Positions 19,866 to 30,209 of a DNA stretch of 64,000 nucleotides are shown here, in pieces. The position numbers and the translations under genes are program-made. Where the stretch lies: assembly GCA_963713865.1 (NCBI GenBank), contig OY970208.1:672001-736000 (forward strand). Reading direction: 5' to 3'. The DNA comes from an uncultured candidate division Zixibacteria bacterium. GTDB taxonomy: Bacteria > Zixibacteria > MSB-5A5 > RBG-16-43-9. Below the pieces are notes generated by a model. The model was not told where the DNA came from, did no database searches, and saw nothing but the letters and a program-made list of their open reading frames with translations. The number at the start of each line of letters is the position of its first letter. Within the stretch, counting starts at the first letter, position 1.

Positions 19866-21437
19866 TCACTCGACTAACTGTTTCAACACCTCTGGCAATT
19901 TCTCCATCATATCCCCGGCAATCATCCCCATCTCACCTTTTTCCTCCTTAGCTAAATCTCCACATAGTCCATGAATGTAAACCCCGGCTAAAGCAGATTC
20001 AAGCATGCTCTTTTTAATATCCTGTTTCTTCAGCAGAATCATCTGAGCTAAAAGCCCGATTATAATCCCGGTCAAAACATCCCCAGAGCCTGCGGTTGCC
20101 ATACCGGCATTGCCAGTAGGATTAACATAAATTTCTCCTTCTGGCTCACCGATAATCGTAGGTGCTCCTTTAAAGACAAGCACACAATTAAATTTCTTGG
20201 CTGATTCGGAAGCATACCTTATCCTGTTTTTGGCAATCTCTTCTATGGGGACACTAGTCAATCTGGACAATTCGCCTATATGCGGAGTTAAAATCAGAGG
20301 AGCTTTTGACTGATTTAATATCGAAGAATCTTTGGCAATAGCATTCAATCCATCCGCATCTATGACCATAGGCAGCTCGATCTTAGTAATCAATCTTCTG
20401 ACTAACTCCACAGTCTCGAAATGCTGACCCAGGCCCGGACCTAAAGCCACACAATCCGCCCATTTTAAAGCCTGCATTATCTCACCTAATCCCCGCAGGG
20501 CTAAAACTCCTTTTTTTCTCACATCCGGCAATGGTTTGGTCATAACCTCAGTAACTTTTATCTCCATTATCTCGTTCAGGCTTTTTGGAATCCCCAAAAT
20601 TGCCATCCCGGCACCAGCTTTTAAACAGGATAAAGAAGCTAAAGTTGCTGCACCGGTCATCCCGGTTGAGCCAGCTATAAGAAAAGCCTTACCGCAGTTT
20701 CCCTTATGCGCATCTCCCAGACGTTGAGGAAGAGAACTCTTAACCTCTTGTTCGGTTATTAAATTCAGATTTATTTTCTGCTCCTCTATTACCCCTTGAG
20801 GTACACCTATATCTATAACATCTACTTTTCCGCAAAAACTTTTACCTGGAAAGAAAAATTGTCCTATCTTGGGCAATCCCATAGTTGGGGTAGAGTCTGC
20901 TTTCACACATACCCCTTCAACAGAGCCGGTATCAGCATCCAAACCTGAGGGGATATCTATGGATAAAACTTTTATCGGGGTCGAATTCATCAGGAGTATC
21001 GCCTTTTCTTCCAAACCAGTTGCTTTACCTTTGAAGCCGGTGCCGAAGATCGCATCCACTATCAGATCAGCTTTAAACTCAAAGGGAAGCTCCTTTTCTT
21101 TTAAAATCTCTTTGACAGGTAAGTTTAAATCAATTGCCTTTTTTAAATTAACCAGAGCATCCCCTTTAACCTCTTCTTTTTTTCCTAAGAGGTAGAATTC
21201 TACTTCCGCTCCCCAGGAAGATAAATATCTTCCTACGACAAATCCATCTCCACCATTGTTTCCTTTTCCGCAGAAGATAATCACTTTTTTATCCTCAACT
21301 TCTCCATTCAGAATCTTTTTTGCCACAAGAGATGAACCCAGTCCAGCTTTTTCCATTAGCTCCAGGCCGGGAATACCTATCTCTTCGATAGTGGTCTTAT
21401 CTATTTTTCTCATCTGCTCTGAGGTTACTAATTTCAT
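19866..21437 (-). CDS. nnr: Bifunctional NAD(P)HX epimerase/dehydratase
   Basis: LMEKAG, GKGNNGGDG, DAIFGTG, DIPSG, HKG..G, GPGLG, DADGLN, TPH.GEL, AGSGDVLTG. Confidence 0.96.
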   Translation of the reverse strand: MKLVTSEQMRKIDKTTIEEIGIPGLELMEKAGLGSSLVAKKILNGEVEDKKVIIFCGKGNNGGDGFVVGRYLSSWGAEVEFYLLGKKEEVKGDALVNLKKAIDLNLPVKEILKEKELPFEFKADLIVDAIFGTGFKGKATGLEEKAILLMNSTPIKVLSIDIPSGLDADTGSVEGVCVKADSTPTMGLPKIGQFFFPGKSFCGKVDVIDIGVPQGVIEEQKINLNLITEQEVKSSLPQRLGDAHKGNCGKAFLIAGSTGMTGAATLASLSCLKAGAGMAILGIPKSLNEIMEIKVTEVMTKPLPDVRKKGVLALRGLGEIMQALKWADCVALGPGLGQHFETVELVRRLITKIELPMVIDADGLNAIAKDSSILNQSKAPLILTPHIGELSRLTSVPIEEIAKNRIRYASESAKKFNCVLVFKGAPTIIGEPEGEIYVNPTGNAGMATAGSGDVLTGIIIGLLAQMILLKKQDIKKSMLESALAGVYIHGLCGDLAKEEKGEMGMIAGDMMEKLPEVLKQLVE

Positions 21438-21439
21438 AT

Positions 21440-22255
21440 CTACCCCTTTTTTCTATATAGATTGAATGAATCTCTTAATCTCTTTGCCTCTTCTCTGGCA
21501 GATTGAGCAAAATCTTTTTCGGATGAAGCATAGATGACCCCTCTGGAGGAATTAATTATGGCTAACTCCCCGTTCTTGTCAGTTCCATACTTAACAGTAA
21601 GCTCCGCATCCCCTTTCTGAGCTCCTACTCCCGGGATTAAGATAGGGAAATCTTGAGCTATTTCCCTTATCTCTTTCAACTGTTCAGGATAAGTAGCACC
21701 AACTACCAAACCGCAATTCCTTTTCTTATTCCAGCTTTTGACCTTTTCAGCCACGATCTTGTATAATGGTTTCCCATCAATATTCTGAAGTTGAAAATCT
21801 TTAGCTCCAACATTAGAAGTTAAACAGAGGATAAAAGAGCATTTATCCTCATATTCCAGGAAGGGAGCTAAGCTATCCTCACCTAAATAGGGATTCAAAG
21901 TCACACCATCTGCTTTGAATTCATCAAAAATTGCTTTAGCATACATCTTGGATGTATTTCCGATATCCCCTCTTTTAGCATCCAAGATAACCGGGATATT
22001 TTCAGGGATGTATTCGCAGGTTTTCTTCAAAGCCTCAAGCCCTTTTATCCCATAAGCCTCATAAAAGGCTAAGTTTGGCTTATAAGCACAAACCATATCC
22101 TTGGTCGAATCTATAATTTTTTGATTAAAACTAAAAATCGGGTCTTTTTCCTGAAGTAAATATTTAGGGATTTTCTCTAATTCAGTATCCAAGCCAACGC
22201 AGAGAAGAGAGTTGTTTTTGTGAGACACATTTTTTAGTTTTTCGATGAATTTCAT
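21440..22255 (-). CDS. pyrF: Orotidine-5'-phosphate decarboxylase
   Basis: LCVGLD, KPNLAFYE, DAKRGDIGNT, GATYP, PGVGAQ, INSSR. Confidence 0.96.
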   Translation of the reverse strand: MKFIEKLKNVSHKNNSLLCVGLDTELEKIPKYLLQEKDPIFSFNQKIIDSTKDMVCAYKPNLAFYEAYGIKGLEALKKTCEYIPENIPVILDAKRGDIGNTSKMYAKAIFDEFKADGVTLNPYLGEDSLAPFLEYEDKCSFILCLTSNVGAKDFQLQNIDGKPLYKIVAEKVKSWNKKRNCGLVVGATYPEQLKEIREIAQDFPILIPGVGAQKGDAELTVKYGTDKNGELAIINSSRGVIYASSEKDFAQSAREEAKRLRDSFNLYRKKG

Positions 22256-22340
22256 TTAATATCCTTTCGAAATTAACCTCACAGCTGATTATTAAGATTA
22301 AGCTGATGCTCTGCTGTAAAAATTTGTTTAATCCGCTCAA

Positions 22341-23261
22341 TCAGCTATGAACCTTCAACTTTCCTACCAAATCTCCAATCTTTTTTATCCTCTTTTCCTT
22401 AAAATATTTTCTTAATCCTTCAACAATTTTTACCGAGCATTCCGGGTCAACGAAATTTCCAGTGCCTATTTGTATCATAGAGGCACCAGCTAAGATAAAT
22501 TCTAAAGCATCCTGGTAATTCATAATCCCGCCTATCCCTATAATCGGGATTTTCACCTGTTGGGCTACTTTCCAAACCATAGCCAAAGCCACGGGCTTAA
22601 TCGCTGGACCGGAAAGGCCTCCAGTTATATTTTTAAGTTTCGGTTTTTTAGTCTCTAAATCTATTGCCATACCCACCAGGGTATTGATTAAAGAGATCGC
22701 ATCTGCACCAGCATCCTTTACTGCTAAGGCAGTTTTCACGATATCGCTGACATTTGGGGAAAGCTTAGCTATAATCGGAAAAGAGGTACTCTCTTTTACA
22801 GCTTTTATGCATTTATAAGCAGATTCAGAATTGGAGCCGAAAGCAATCCCGCCTTCTTTGACATTAGGGCAGGAGATATTTATCTCTAAGAGGTCTATCC
22901 CCTTTTTACATTCTAATCTTTTCACCACCTCAACATATTCTTCTATTGAGCTCCCCGCTACATTGACAATCACTTTTGTCTTAAGGGTTCTTAAAAAAGG
23001 CAGCTTCTCTTTGATAAACCTTTCTACCCCCACATTAGCTAAGCCTATGGCATTCAGCATCCCGGCTGGGGTCTCGCAGGTTCTGGGTGGAGGATGACCT
23101 TCTCTGGGGTTTAAGGTGACCGACTTGGTGATTATCCCGCCTAATCTATTCAAATCGAAAATGGAACCATATTCTTCACCATATCCAAAAGTCCCTGAAG
23201 CCACCAGTACCAGGTTGGAGAATTTGACCTTTCCTATTCTAACTGAAAGATCCGGGTTCAA
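22341..23261 (-). CDS. pyrD: Dihydroorotate dehydrogenase B catalytic subunit
   Basis: ASGTFG, MLNAIGL.N, NISCPNV, KLSPNV, INTL, GGLSGPAIKP. Confidence 0.96.
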   Translation of the reverse strand: MNPDLSVRIGKVKFSNLVLVASGTFGYGEEYGSIFDLNRLGGIITKSVTLNPREGHPPPRTCETPAGMLNAIGLANVGVERFIKEKLPFLRTLKTKVIVNVAGSSIEEYVEVVKRLECKKGIDLLEINISCPNVKEGGIAFGSNSESAYKCIKAVKESTSFPIIAKLSPNVSDIVKTALAVKDAGADAISLINTLVGMAIDLETKKPKLKNITGGLSGPAIKPVALAMVWKVAQQVKIPIIGIGGIMNYQDALEFILAGASMIQIGTGNFVDPECSVKIVEGLRKYFKEKRIKKIGDLVGKLKVHS

Positions 23262-24085
23262 TCTAAGATCACCTCCCTGGCATCAAATACCGGTCCCTCT
23301 TTACACACCCTCTTATACCCTTTAACTGTATTTACCACACATCCTAAGCAGGCACCTATACCGCAGGGCATATGGTTTTCTAAAGAGACCTGGCAGTTAA
23401 GATTTAATCTTCTTGAAATAGAAGAGACCTCCTTGAGCATCGGATTTGGTCCACAGGCATAAAACTTCGTATTTTTTAAATTTATTCTTTTTTCTTTTAA
23501 CTCCTGATAAAAAAGTGAAGTTATCATCCCCCTGTATCCGACGCTACCGTCCTCTGTAGCAATATGAAGTTTAATCACGGATGAGACAAGTTCCTCTATC
23601 AAGATAAGTTCCTCCTTTTTTTTAACACCGAAGAAAAGAGTGATCTTTTCTGGGCTATATTTTTTCTTTAAAAGAAAATCTATAAGATAAAATAAAGGAG
23701 CTATCCCCATTCCTCCAGCTAAAAGAACTGTATATTCTCCTTTATCAGGAAAAGTAAAGGAGTTCCCCAGAGGAGCCAAAAGGTCAATTTTCTCTCCCGG
23801 ATTTTTCCTGGATAAAATCTCTGTGCCGGGTCCTACAACTTTAATCAGAAGCTCAAAACTATTCTTCTCTTTTTCCATCTGATGAAGACTGAAAGCCCTT
23901 CTCAGAAGAGGAAAATAAGTTTGGTTTACTCTCAGATGGCAGAAGTTACCAGGCAAAGCTTTCTGTGCGATATTCGGTGAAAAAATCTTTAATCTGAATA
24001 CCTTCTGGTTTAAACTCTCAATTGAAAAAATCGAGCCTTCTTCTTTATAAATCATCTTTTCTTTTACGCTCCATTTTTCGTTCAA
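23258..24085 (-). CDS. pyrK: Dihydroorotate dehydrogenase electron transfer subunit (start may be ATG 24055)
   Basis: LRRAFS, GGMGIAP, ACGP, M.CGIGACLGC...VCKEGPVF. Confidence 0.94.
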   Translation of the reverse strand: MNEKWSVKEKMIYKEEGSIFSIESLNQKVFRLKIFSPNIAQKALPGNFCHLRVNQTYFPLLRRAFSLHQMEKEKNSFELLIKVVGPGTEILSRKNPGEKIDLLAPLGNSFTFPDKGEYTVLLAGGMGIAPLFYLIDFLLKKKYSPEKITLFFGVKKKEELILIEELVSSVIKLHIATEDGSVGYRGMITSLFYQELKEKRINLKNTKFYACGPNPMLKEVSSISRRLNLNCQVSLENHMPCGIGACLGCVVNTVKGYKRVCKEGPVFDAREVILD

Positions 24086-24097
24086 AAAGTTATTCTT

Positions 24098-26110
24098 TTA
24101 ATCAGTGCTTTGAGGAGGTGGATTGACATCTATCTCATATAAGAACCATTTCCCCAAATCCAATGGGTCAATAAGCTGAGGGTTAAAGGTAGTATTTAAA
24201 GCGGCATTTTTAGCCGCTTCGTCGATCTCCGCATTGTTCAGGGAATTTAAAATCACCGCTTCAGTTACTTTCCCGGTGTAATCAATTATTATCTTCAAAA
24301 CCACTTTGCCTTTTGTTCCCGTCTCTATCTGGGACTCAGGATAAATAAATGTACCTGTAGTCACTGGCTGAGGTGCCTTGGGTATTTCCGGGGGTTTGGG
24401 TACTTTGGTCGTATCGGAAGTATCTGCAGGGGTTGTGGTTTGAGTCTGCGGCTGGGTTGCTGGAGCAGGTGTCTTAGCTGCTTTCTGTCCTAATTTCTTT
24501 CTGGCGAAATCAGCATACTCTGTTCCCGGATATTTATCGATTAGAGATTTATAAGCTAAAGCTACACTGCTGTCCCCGGGATTATTGTAGTTCTCTAAAA
24601 TCCAGGTAAGTGCGAACTCAGATTTAGAGGCATATTTGGATTGAGGATAATCATTAACGATCTTTTTAAATATGGCTACAGCAGAATCAACCTTTTCAGC
24701 TTTAAAGAGGAGGCTTTCCGCTAATATATACTCCTTTTCCACCAAATTTATCCCAAGAGAGTCCTCAGATAGACCAAGGAATAAAAGCGATTTTTTAGCA
24801 TAATCACAATTCGGATATTTATCTACTATCTCCTGATAGTAATCCTTTGCCTTTGTGCTATCCTGAAAGATATTCTCATAGATCCAGGCAATAGCATAAA
24901 GCGATTTCGGAACATATTCGGTTTCCGGATATTTATCTACAATGCCCTGGTATTCAGCTAAAGCTGATTCAGGCAGGTTCATCTTGATAAGATAGAACTC
25001 CGCCAGAAGGAAAAGGGGCTGGACCGCTTTTTCCGATTCCTCTTTGGTTACCTGCTCCTGGTAGCTGGATAATTTTGAGATATCCGCACTCTTCTCTAAG
25101 GCTAATTTGGCAGAAGGTGAGTCTGCTTTATCGGTTTTAGCCTTATCGAAATACTCCTGGGCTTTTTTAAAATCCTTTTTTTGTTCTAAATAGATCATCC
25201 CGATTCTATAGAAAGCCTCAGATGATTCGTTGGTTTTCGGATAGGCCAGGCTTATCTTTTCAAATTTCCCTAAGGCTAAATCCAGACTGTCCTGCAGTTT
25301 ATATCCTTCTGCTATCTTCAGCTCTATCTGGGGAAGGTATTTAACATACTTTTTCTCCCTGGATAAGTCTGAAAAAATATTTAACCCCTCTTTATAGTTT
25401 TTTAAATTGTAAATCGCCTCTCCGGTCCAGAAAATCGATTTATAAACCAGCTCTCCCTGTTCCCCGTATTTTCTTACTGCGGAGAAGCTCTCTTTTGCCT
25501 GGGTAAAATCTTTTAGCTTAAAATAACCCTCTCCAATCCTGAACTGAGCTAAGGCGTTCAACTCATCTTTAGGATATTGAGAAAGCATCCTTTTGTAGAA
25601 GGTTATTGCTTCAGCATATTCGCCTTCCTCAAATTTTATCTCCCCTAATTTGAAACAGACTTCAGACTTCCTTTTCTTCAGCTTGGGATTATCCAGAAGT
25701 GATTTTAAAGCTTCTGTAGCTTCAAATCTATTCCCCTGTTTATACTGACTTAAACCTAAGTAATAATAGGATTCCTCACTAAATTCGCTTTTAGGAAAAT
25801 TAGTGATCAGCTCCTGAAACTTCCTTTCCGCCTTGGCATAATCCCCCATATTGAAATAGGACTTTCCAATCAGAAAAAGGGCATCATCCACCCATTTGGA
25901 TTTAGGATGAAAAGTCAGAACTTTGGAAGCTTTCTTTATAGCTTCATCATAATACTTAGCCTCACCCGAGGAAGCCACTTCCCTCCCTGCCTTTTTTTGA
26001 GCTTTCTCCGCCTTTTTATAACTTTCCTCTGCATGATAAAAGGTGTTATAATATATACAGGAGAAAATAAAGAGCAAGGAAATCCCCAGGATTAAAACAC
26101 CTTTTCTCAT
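24098..26110 (-). CDS. TPR-repeat putative lipoprotein with a Pro/Thr linker and C-terminal TonB-C-like domain
   Basis: Signal ending FIFSC, many TPR/YP.S..A repeats, PAPATQPQ linker, YPE....G.KGKVVL..IID..GKV......S.....DEAA..AA...F.P. Confidence 0.75.
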   Translation of the reverse strand: MRKGVLILGISLLFIFSCIYYNTFYHAEESYKKAEKAQKKAGREVASSGEAKYYDEAIKKASKVLTFHPKSKWVDDALFLIGKSYFNMGDYAKAERKFQELITNFPKSEFSEESYYYLGLSQYKQGNRFEATEALKSLLDNPKLKKRKSEVCFKLGEIKFEEGEYAEAITFYKRMLSQYPKDELNALAQFRIGEGYFKLKDFTQAKESFSAVRKYGEQGELVYKSIFWTGEAIYNLKNYKEGLNIFSDLSREKKYVKYLPQIELKIAEGYKLQDSLDLALGKFEKISLAYPKTNESSEAFYRIGMIYLEQKKDFKKAQEYFDKAKTDKADSPSAKLALEKSADISKLSSYQEQVTKEESEKAVQPLFLLAEFYLIKMNLPESALAEYQGIVDKYPETEYVPKSLYAIAWIYENIFQDSTKAKDYYQEIVDKYPNCDYAKKSLLFLGLSEDSLGINLVEKEYILAESLLFKAEKVDSAVAIFKKIVNDYPQSKYASKSEFALTWILENYNNPGDSSVALAYKSLIDKYPGTEYADFARKKLGQKAAKTPAPATQPQTQTTTPADTSDTTKVPKPPEIPKAPQPVTTGTFIYPESQIETGTKGKVVLKIIIDYTGKVTEAVILNSLNNAEIDEAAKNAALNTTFNPQLIDPLDLGKWFLYEIDVNPPPQSTD

Positions 26111-27030
26111 TCTATAAACCCTTCCTTCTGCACCCAGCCACAGGATAAGCCACAGGAGTCAAAGTAGTTAAAAGCTAACTCATATTCCGATTTTTTTATC
26201 CTGCGATCCAGTGGAGGGAAATCTTTTGCCTGATAGGCAGGGAAATATTGCCCCATCAGGCTGATCCAGACTTTAGCTGAAACCTCTTTTGCTAAAAATT
26301 CAAAGGATTCAAAACTCCCAGCTATATTTTCAGGCAGAACCAGATGCCGAACTATAATTCCGGATACGGCCAGACCGGAACTATTCAATTTCAGATTCCC
26401 TGTCTGTCTAAACATCTCTTTTATATTTCTCCGATTTATCTTGACATACTCTTCAGCTCTTGAAAAGTTATATGCTTTATCATCTTCAGAATAACGCATA
26501 TCCGGTAGGTAGACATCCACAACCCCATCTAAAAGAGACAAAGCTTCTTTTGATTCATAACCTGAGGTATTATAAACTACAGGCAGAGAAAAACCTTTCC
26601 CCCAGGCAAAAAAAAGCGCCTCTAAGATCTGAGGGATAAAATGAGTTGGAGTTACCAGGTTGAGATTATGGGCACCCTTTTTCTCCAAATCAAGGAACTT
26701 CTCGGCTAACTCTATAGTGGAAACCTTTTTACCTTTTCCCATCTGGCTAATGGGATAGTTCTGACAATAGACACAGCTCAGACTGCAGTTGGTAAAAAAG
26801 ATTGTGCCTGAGCCCTTTTCTCCTGAAATGGGTGGCTCCTCACCAAAATGCAGATTGGCACTCGAAATAAATACCTCCTTGCCACTTCTACATCTTCCTT
26901 TTTCACCCTTAAGCCGATTAACACCACATTCAAACCCACAAAGATGGCAGGAGCTCAAGATTTTATAACCTTCCTCAACCCTACTCTCAATGTCGTTTAC
27001 TCTCATACAAATTAATACGATACAAACCAA
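26107..27030 (-). CDS. Radical SAM protein, PflX-like
   Basis: C..C...CGVNR, HFGEEPPISG..GSGTIFF, CSLSCVYCQN, VRHLVLP. Confidence 0.9.
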   Translation of the reverse strand: MVCIVLICMRVNDIESRVEEGYKILSSCHLCGFECGVNRLKGEKGRCRSGKEVFISSANLHFGEEPPISGEKGSGTIFFTNCSLSCVYCQNYPISQMGKGKKVSTIELAEKFLDLEKKGAHNLNLVTPTHFIPQILEALFFAWGKGFSLPVVYNTSGYESKEALSLLDGVVDVYLPDMRYSEDDKAYNFSRAEEYVKINRRNIKEMFRQTGNLKLNSSGLAVSGIIVRHLVLPENIAGSFESFEFLAKEVSAKVWISLMGQYFPAYQAKDFPPLDRRIKKSEYELAFNYFDSCGLSCGWVQKEGFIE

Positions 27031-27140
27031 CTGGAGTGTAATCCGCCTTTGGTGGACAGCTTTACTTTATACCCTGGTCGATTCAAAAACAAAACGATTC
27101 ATTTTGATAAACCTGAAGGTTTATAATCCAAAAACCTATC

Positions 27141-27890
27141 CTATGGATTTACTTCTCGCATAGAGTCTATTATCTCAGGCATAATTTCCCCAGCCTTCCC
27201 CAGGAAAACCTCATCCGCTAAACTGGAGAGTTCAGTCCTTTCTAAATTCACCTCAATTAAATAAGCTCCTGCTCTTTTAGCTATCAATGGCAAGGAAGCT
27301 GCTGGATAGACTATGGCGGAAGTCCCGATGGAGAAAAAAAGGTCGCAGAAGGAGGAGAATTCAAAAGCTTTCTTTATCGCCTCTTCAGGAAGCATCTCCC
27401 CAAACCAGACTACATCCGGGCGTAGCATCCCACCGCATCTGCATTTGGGCGGAATCTCCTCAGATGAAAACTCCAGCTCTTCTAATTTTTGCCCGCAGTC
27501 TATACATTTATTTCTCTTGATATTCCCGTGAAGCTCGATAACCTCCTTTGACCCAGCTTTCTGATGCAAGCCATCCACATTCTGGGTTATCAGATGGAAA
27601 TTTTCAAAATAGGATTGCATTTCCACTAAACTCCAGTGAGCAGGATTAGGCTTAACCTCAGAGATAAGTTTTCTCCGGTATTCGTACCATTCCCAAACCA
27701 ATTGCGGGTTGGAGATAAAAGCATCAAAAGTGGCTAATTCCTCCGGCTTGAACTTCTTCCAGAGCCCATCTTCTCCTCTAAAAGTAGGAACACCGCTTTC
27801 CGCAGAAATCCCAGCCCCGGTTAAAACCACCACCCTTTTATCTTTTTGAAGATAAGATTTTAAAACATCTGAAAGTATATATCTATCCAT
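27141..27890 (-). CDS. cobB: NAD-dependent protein deacylase (sirtuin)
   Basis: LTGAGISAESGVPTFR, TQNVDGLH, ELHG, RPDVVWFGE, GTS..VYPAA; start ATG 27890. Confidence 0.95.
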   Translation of the reverse strand: MDRYILSDVLKSYLQKDKRVVVLTGAGISAESGVPTFRGEDGLWKKFKPEELATFDAFISNPQLVWEWYEYRRKLISEVKPNPAHWSLVEMQSYFENFHLITQNVDGLHQKAGSKEVIELHGNIKRNKCIDCGQKLEELEFSSEEIPPKCRCGGMLRPDVVWFGEMLPEEAIKKAFEFSSFCDLFFSIGTSAIVYPAASLPLIAKRAGAYLIEVNLERTELSSLADEVFLGKAGEIMPEIIDSMREVNP

Positions 27891-27942
27891 TTGAATAATA
27901 ATATATTTTTGATAAAAAAATATCAAGGATTTATTTTTAGTA

Positions 27943-29389
27943 TGTTATAGCAAGATTAAAATGTCCTAATTTCTACAAAGTTAAAATGTCCTGTTTTCAT
28001 GTTTTAGTTAATAGTAGCTTTTGTTCTTTTTGTTCATAAGGTCTATATTGTGAATTAACCTTAAACTTCCGCCAGGGATGATCCACTGGAGGTATATAAG
28101 CCGTTTTGAGTTTTAATATGGGTAGTTTTGGAGTTTCTTTTTCTCTCTTAGGCCTGATGATAATCTCTTTAAACTTCAAGATGGTATCTTTATAGGTAAT
28201 TAGCATAGAGCCATCTATCATATCTTCTACTATCACATTGTTAGTTCTTACATTATCCTTTATCTGATAGAGCCTGTTATTATGCGCTACCGTGAAGTCG
28301 TTCCTTAAAGCCCTTTCGGTCTTAAAGCATAGTATTCGATCCAGGTTAAGAGCTATGGGAACAGGTCTATGAAGATCAAGCTCTTCTGCCGCCCTAAAGC
28401 TGAATCGCTTATTATATATGGGCAGGTAGTATCTTAAGAGTCGATTGGCTTCTTCTATGGTCTTAATACCTCTTAGCCTCATCTCCTTTATTAGGCGATC
28501 CTGGAAAGTCCTGAATTGTCTCTCTATCCTCCCCTTAGCCTGAGGAGAATGGGCATAGATAATCTTAACTCCCAATTCCTTAAAAGCTCTGGCAACCTCA
28601 CTCAACGGCTCTATTCCCTTAAGCTGGTCTTCTATAGAAGGCTTCTTAGTTGATTTATATGTGGTATGCTTGTCTAAATATATGCTCAGCGGAATACCAT
28701 ATTTTTTGATATAACGTTTAAAACTGTCCATAGCTGGAATGGTGCCTTCATAAGGATAAAATCTTGCAAAGACATTACCGGTAGCGTCATCCACATAACC
28801 CATAAGAACACATTCCGGACCCCTGCTCTCCAGCCAATCATGATGAGAACCGTCCAGCTGGATCATCTCGCCAAAATAACGCCTCCTCTGACGCCACTGA
28901 CGATGAGCCTTTCTCTTTCGACCCCGGTACTCTATCCCTTTCTCCTTGAGCCAGTTCCTTAAGGTCTCTCGACTTAAACCTATCTTGTCTATCTCTAAAA
29001 GCTTCTCTGTCGCTAAGGTCGGACCAAATCCTGCATATCTCTCCTCATAAAGCTCAAGAACCCTTGTCTTTATCATATCCGGTGTCATATTATGCGATGG
29101 TTTTCCTCGAGATCTGTGGACTATACCTCGGTCGCCTTCTTCTATCACCCGCTTTATTATTCTTCTGACCTGCCTATCGCTTAAACCTAATATCCCAGCT
29201 GCCTCTACTTGAGTTAAACCCTTGTCAATTGCCTGGTGAATCACATTTATCCTCTTTAGCTCCTCCTGGCTCATCTTTATTATGTCCTTCCCTGCCATAA
29301 TATCCTCCTTTGGAAAAAGATACTATGGCAATCTCTAAATAGGACATTTCTGCTTTGCTAAAACAGGACATTATTATATTGCGATTACA
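27943..29389 (-). mobile_element. Complete IS, IS1202-family-like (formerly ISNCY), with 16-bp target-site duplication
   Basis: Ends TGTTATAGCAAGATTAAAATGTCCT and (reverse complement) TGTAATCGCAATATAATAATGTCCT, each with two AATGTCCT motifs; perfect direct repeat GGATTTATTTTTAGTA at 27927-27942 and 29390-29405. Confidence 0.92.
27997..29298 (-). CDS. DDE transposase
   Basis: N-terminal HTH, GEMIQLDGSHHDWLE, VDDATG, YLDK, SPQAKGRIER..TFQDRL. Confidence 0.95.
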   Translation of the reverse strand: MAGKDIIKMSQEELKRINVIHQAIDKGLTQVEAAGILGLSDRQVRRIIKRVIEEGDRGIVHRSRGKPSHNMTPDMIKTRVLELYEERYAGFGPTLATEKLLEIDKIGLSRETLRNWLKEKGIEYRGRKRKAHRQWRQRRRYFGEMIQLDGSHHDWLESRGPECVLMGYVDDATGNVFARFYPYEGTIPAMDSFKRYIKKYGIPLSIYLDKHTTYKSTKKPSIEDQLKGIEPLSEVARAFKELGVKIIYAHSPQAKGRIERQFRTFQDRLIKEMRLRGIKTIEEANRLLRYYLPIYNKRFSFRAAEELDLHRPVPIALNLDRILCFKTERALRNDFTVAHNNRLYQIKDNVRTNNVIVEDMIDGSMLITYKDTILKFKEIIIRPKREKETPKLPILKLKTAYIPPVDHPWRKFKVNSQYRPYEQKEQKLLLTKT

Positions 29390-29609
29390 GGATTTATTTT
29401 TAGTAAGGCAAACCTCCAGCTTTGCTCAGGCAACTCAAAAAAATAGAGACGCATAGCAATGCATCTCTACAAATTCTTTTCCCCTCTCCTCCCAGGAGAG
29501 GGTGAGGCTACCATTTCGCAACCTCATCTTGCTCTAAAAGTGAAATCGTAGGGGCAATGCATGTCCAATTGGATCCATCTCGAAATTGCCCCTACCAGAA
29601 TATTTAATC

Positions 29610-30026
29610 CTACTTCATCTTCAAGAGAGTCTTAAACGAATCCAGATGCCCTTCTTCATCCCCCAGGATTTCTTCAAACAACCTGCGGGTGGTGACATCA
29701 TCTTCTTTATTTGCCAATTTGATGATCCCCTTATAAAGCTTAATAGCATCCAGCTCTGCCGCGATGTTGTCCTTAATCATCTTCGGTAAGCTACCACCAA
29801 CCATAATCGTGGTGGGCTTGGTCGTAGGGGTTCCACCCAGGAAGTTTAACCTCTCCGCAATAGCCTCAGCATGTTTCATCTCCGTAATTGCGGTTTTCTC
29901 AAAAATCCCACTCACCCCCGGGCTTTCCATCCCCTCGCCCATCACATGCTGCCACATATACTGGATGGATACCGCGATCTCCCGGGCAATTGCCTGATTC
30001 AGCCTGTTATTTAGCTCCTTGCTCAT
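29610..30026 (-). CDS. Ferritin-like / bacterioferritin-like protein
   Basis: E....QY, EMKHAE..AER...LGG.P, E..AI..Y, DEEGH ferroxidase pattern; GGAGG RBS. Confidence 0.88.
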   Translation of the reverse strand: MSKELNNRLNQAIAREIAVSIQYMWQHVMGEGMESPGVSGIFEKTAITEMKHAEAIAERLNFLGGTPTTKPTTIMVGGSLPKMIKDNIAAELDAIKLYKGIIKLANKEDDVTTRRLFEEILGDEEGHLDSFKTLLKMK

Positions 30027-30209
30027 CCTATCCCTCCGTTTTTGATTATGGGTTAACTTATTTATTCTATTTTAATAAAACTACTAATTATAAAGAAAGC
30101 AAGGAAATTTTTGAAGTATAAAAAGATATTTTTTGTTTTCTATCTTATCCTGTCATTGCGAGAAGTCTCGCCGAAGGAGGGACTCGCAATGACGTCCTAT
30201 TAATAGCCT

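Noticed and set aside
27141-27890. Sirtuin as a SIR2 anti-phage effector
   Set aside because: Canonical CobB-type deacylase with Zn motif in a housekeeping context.
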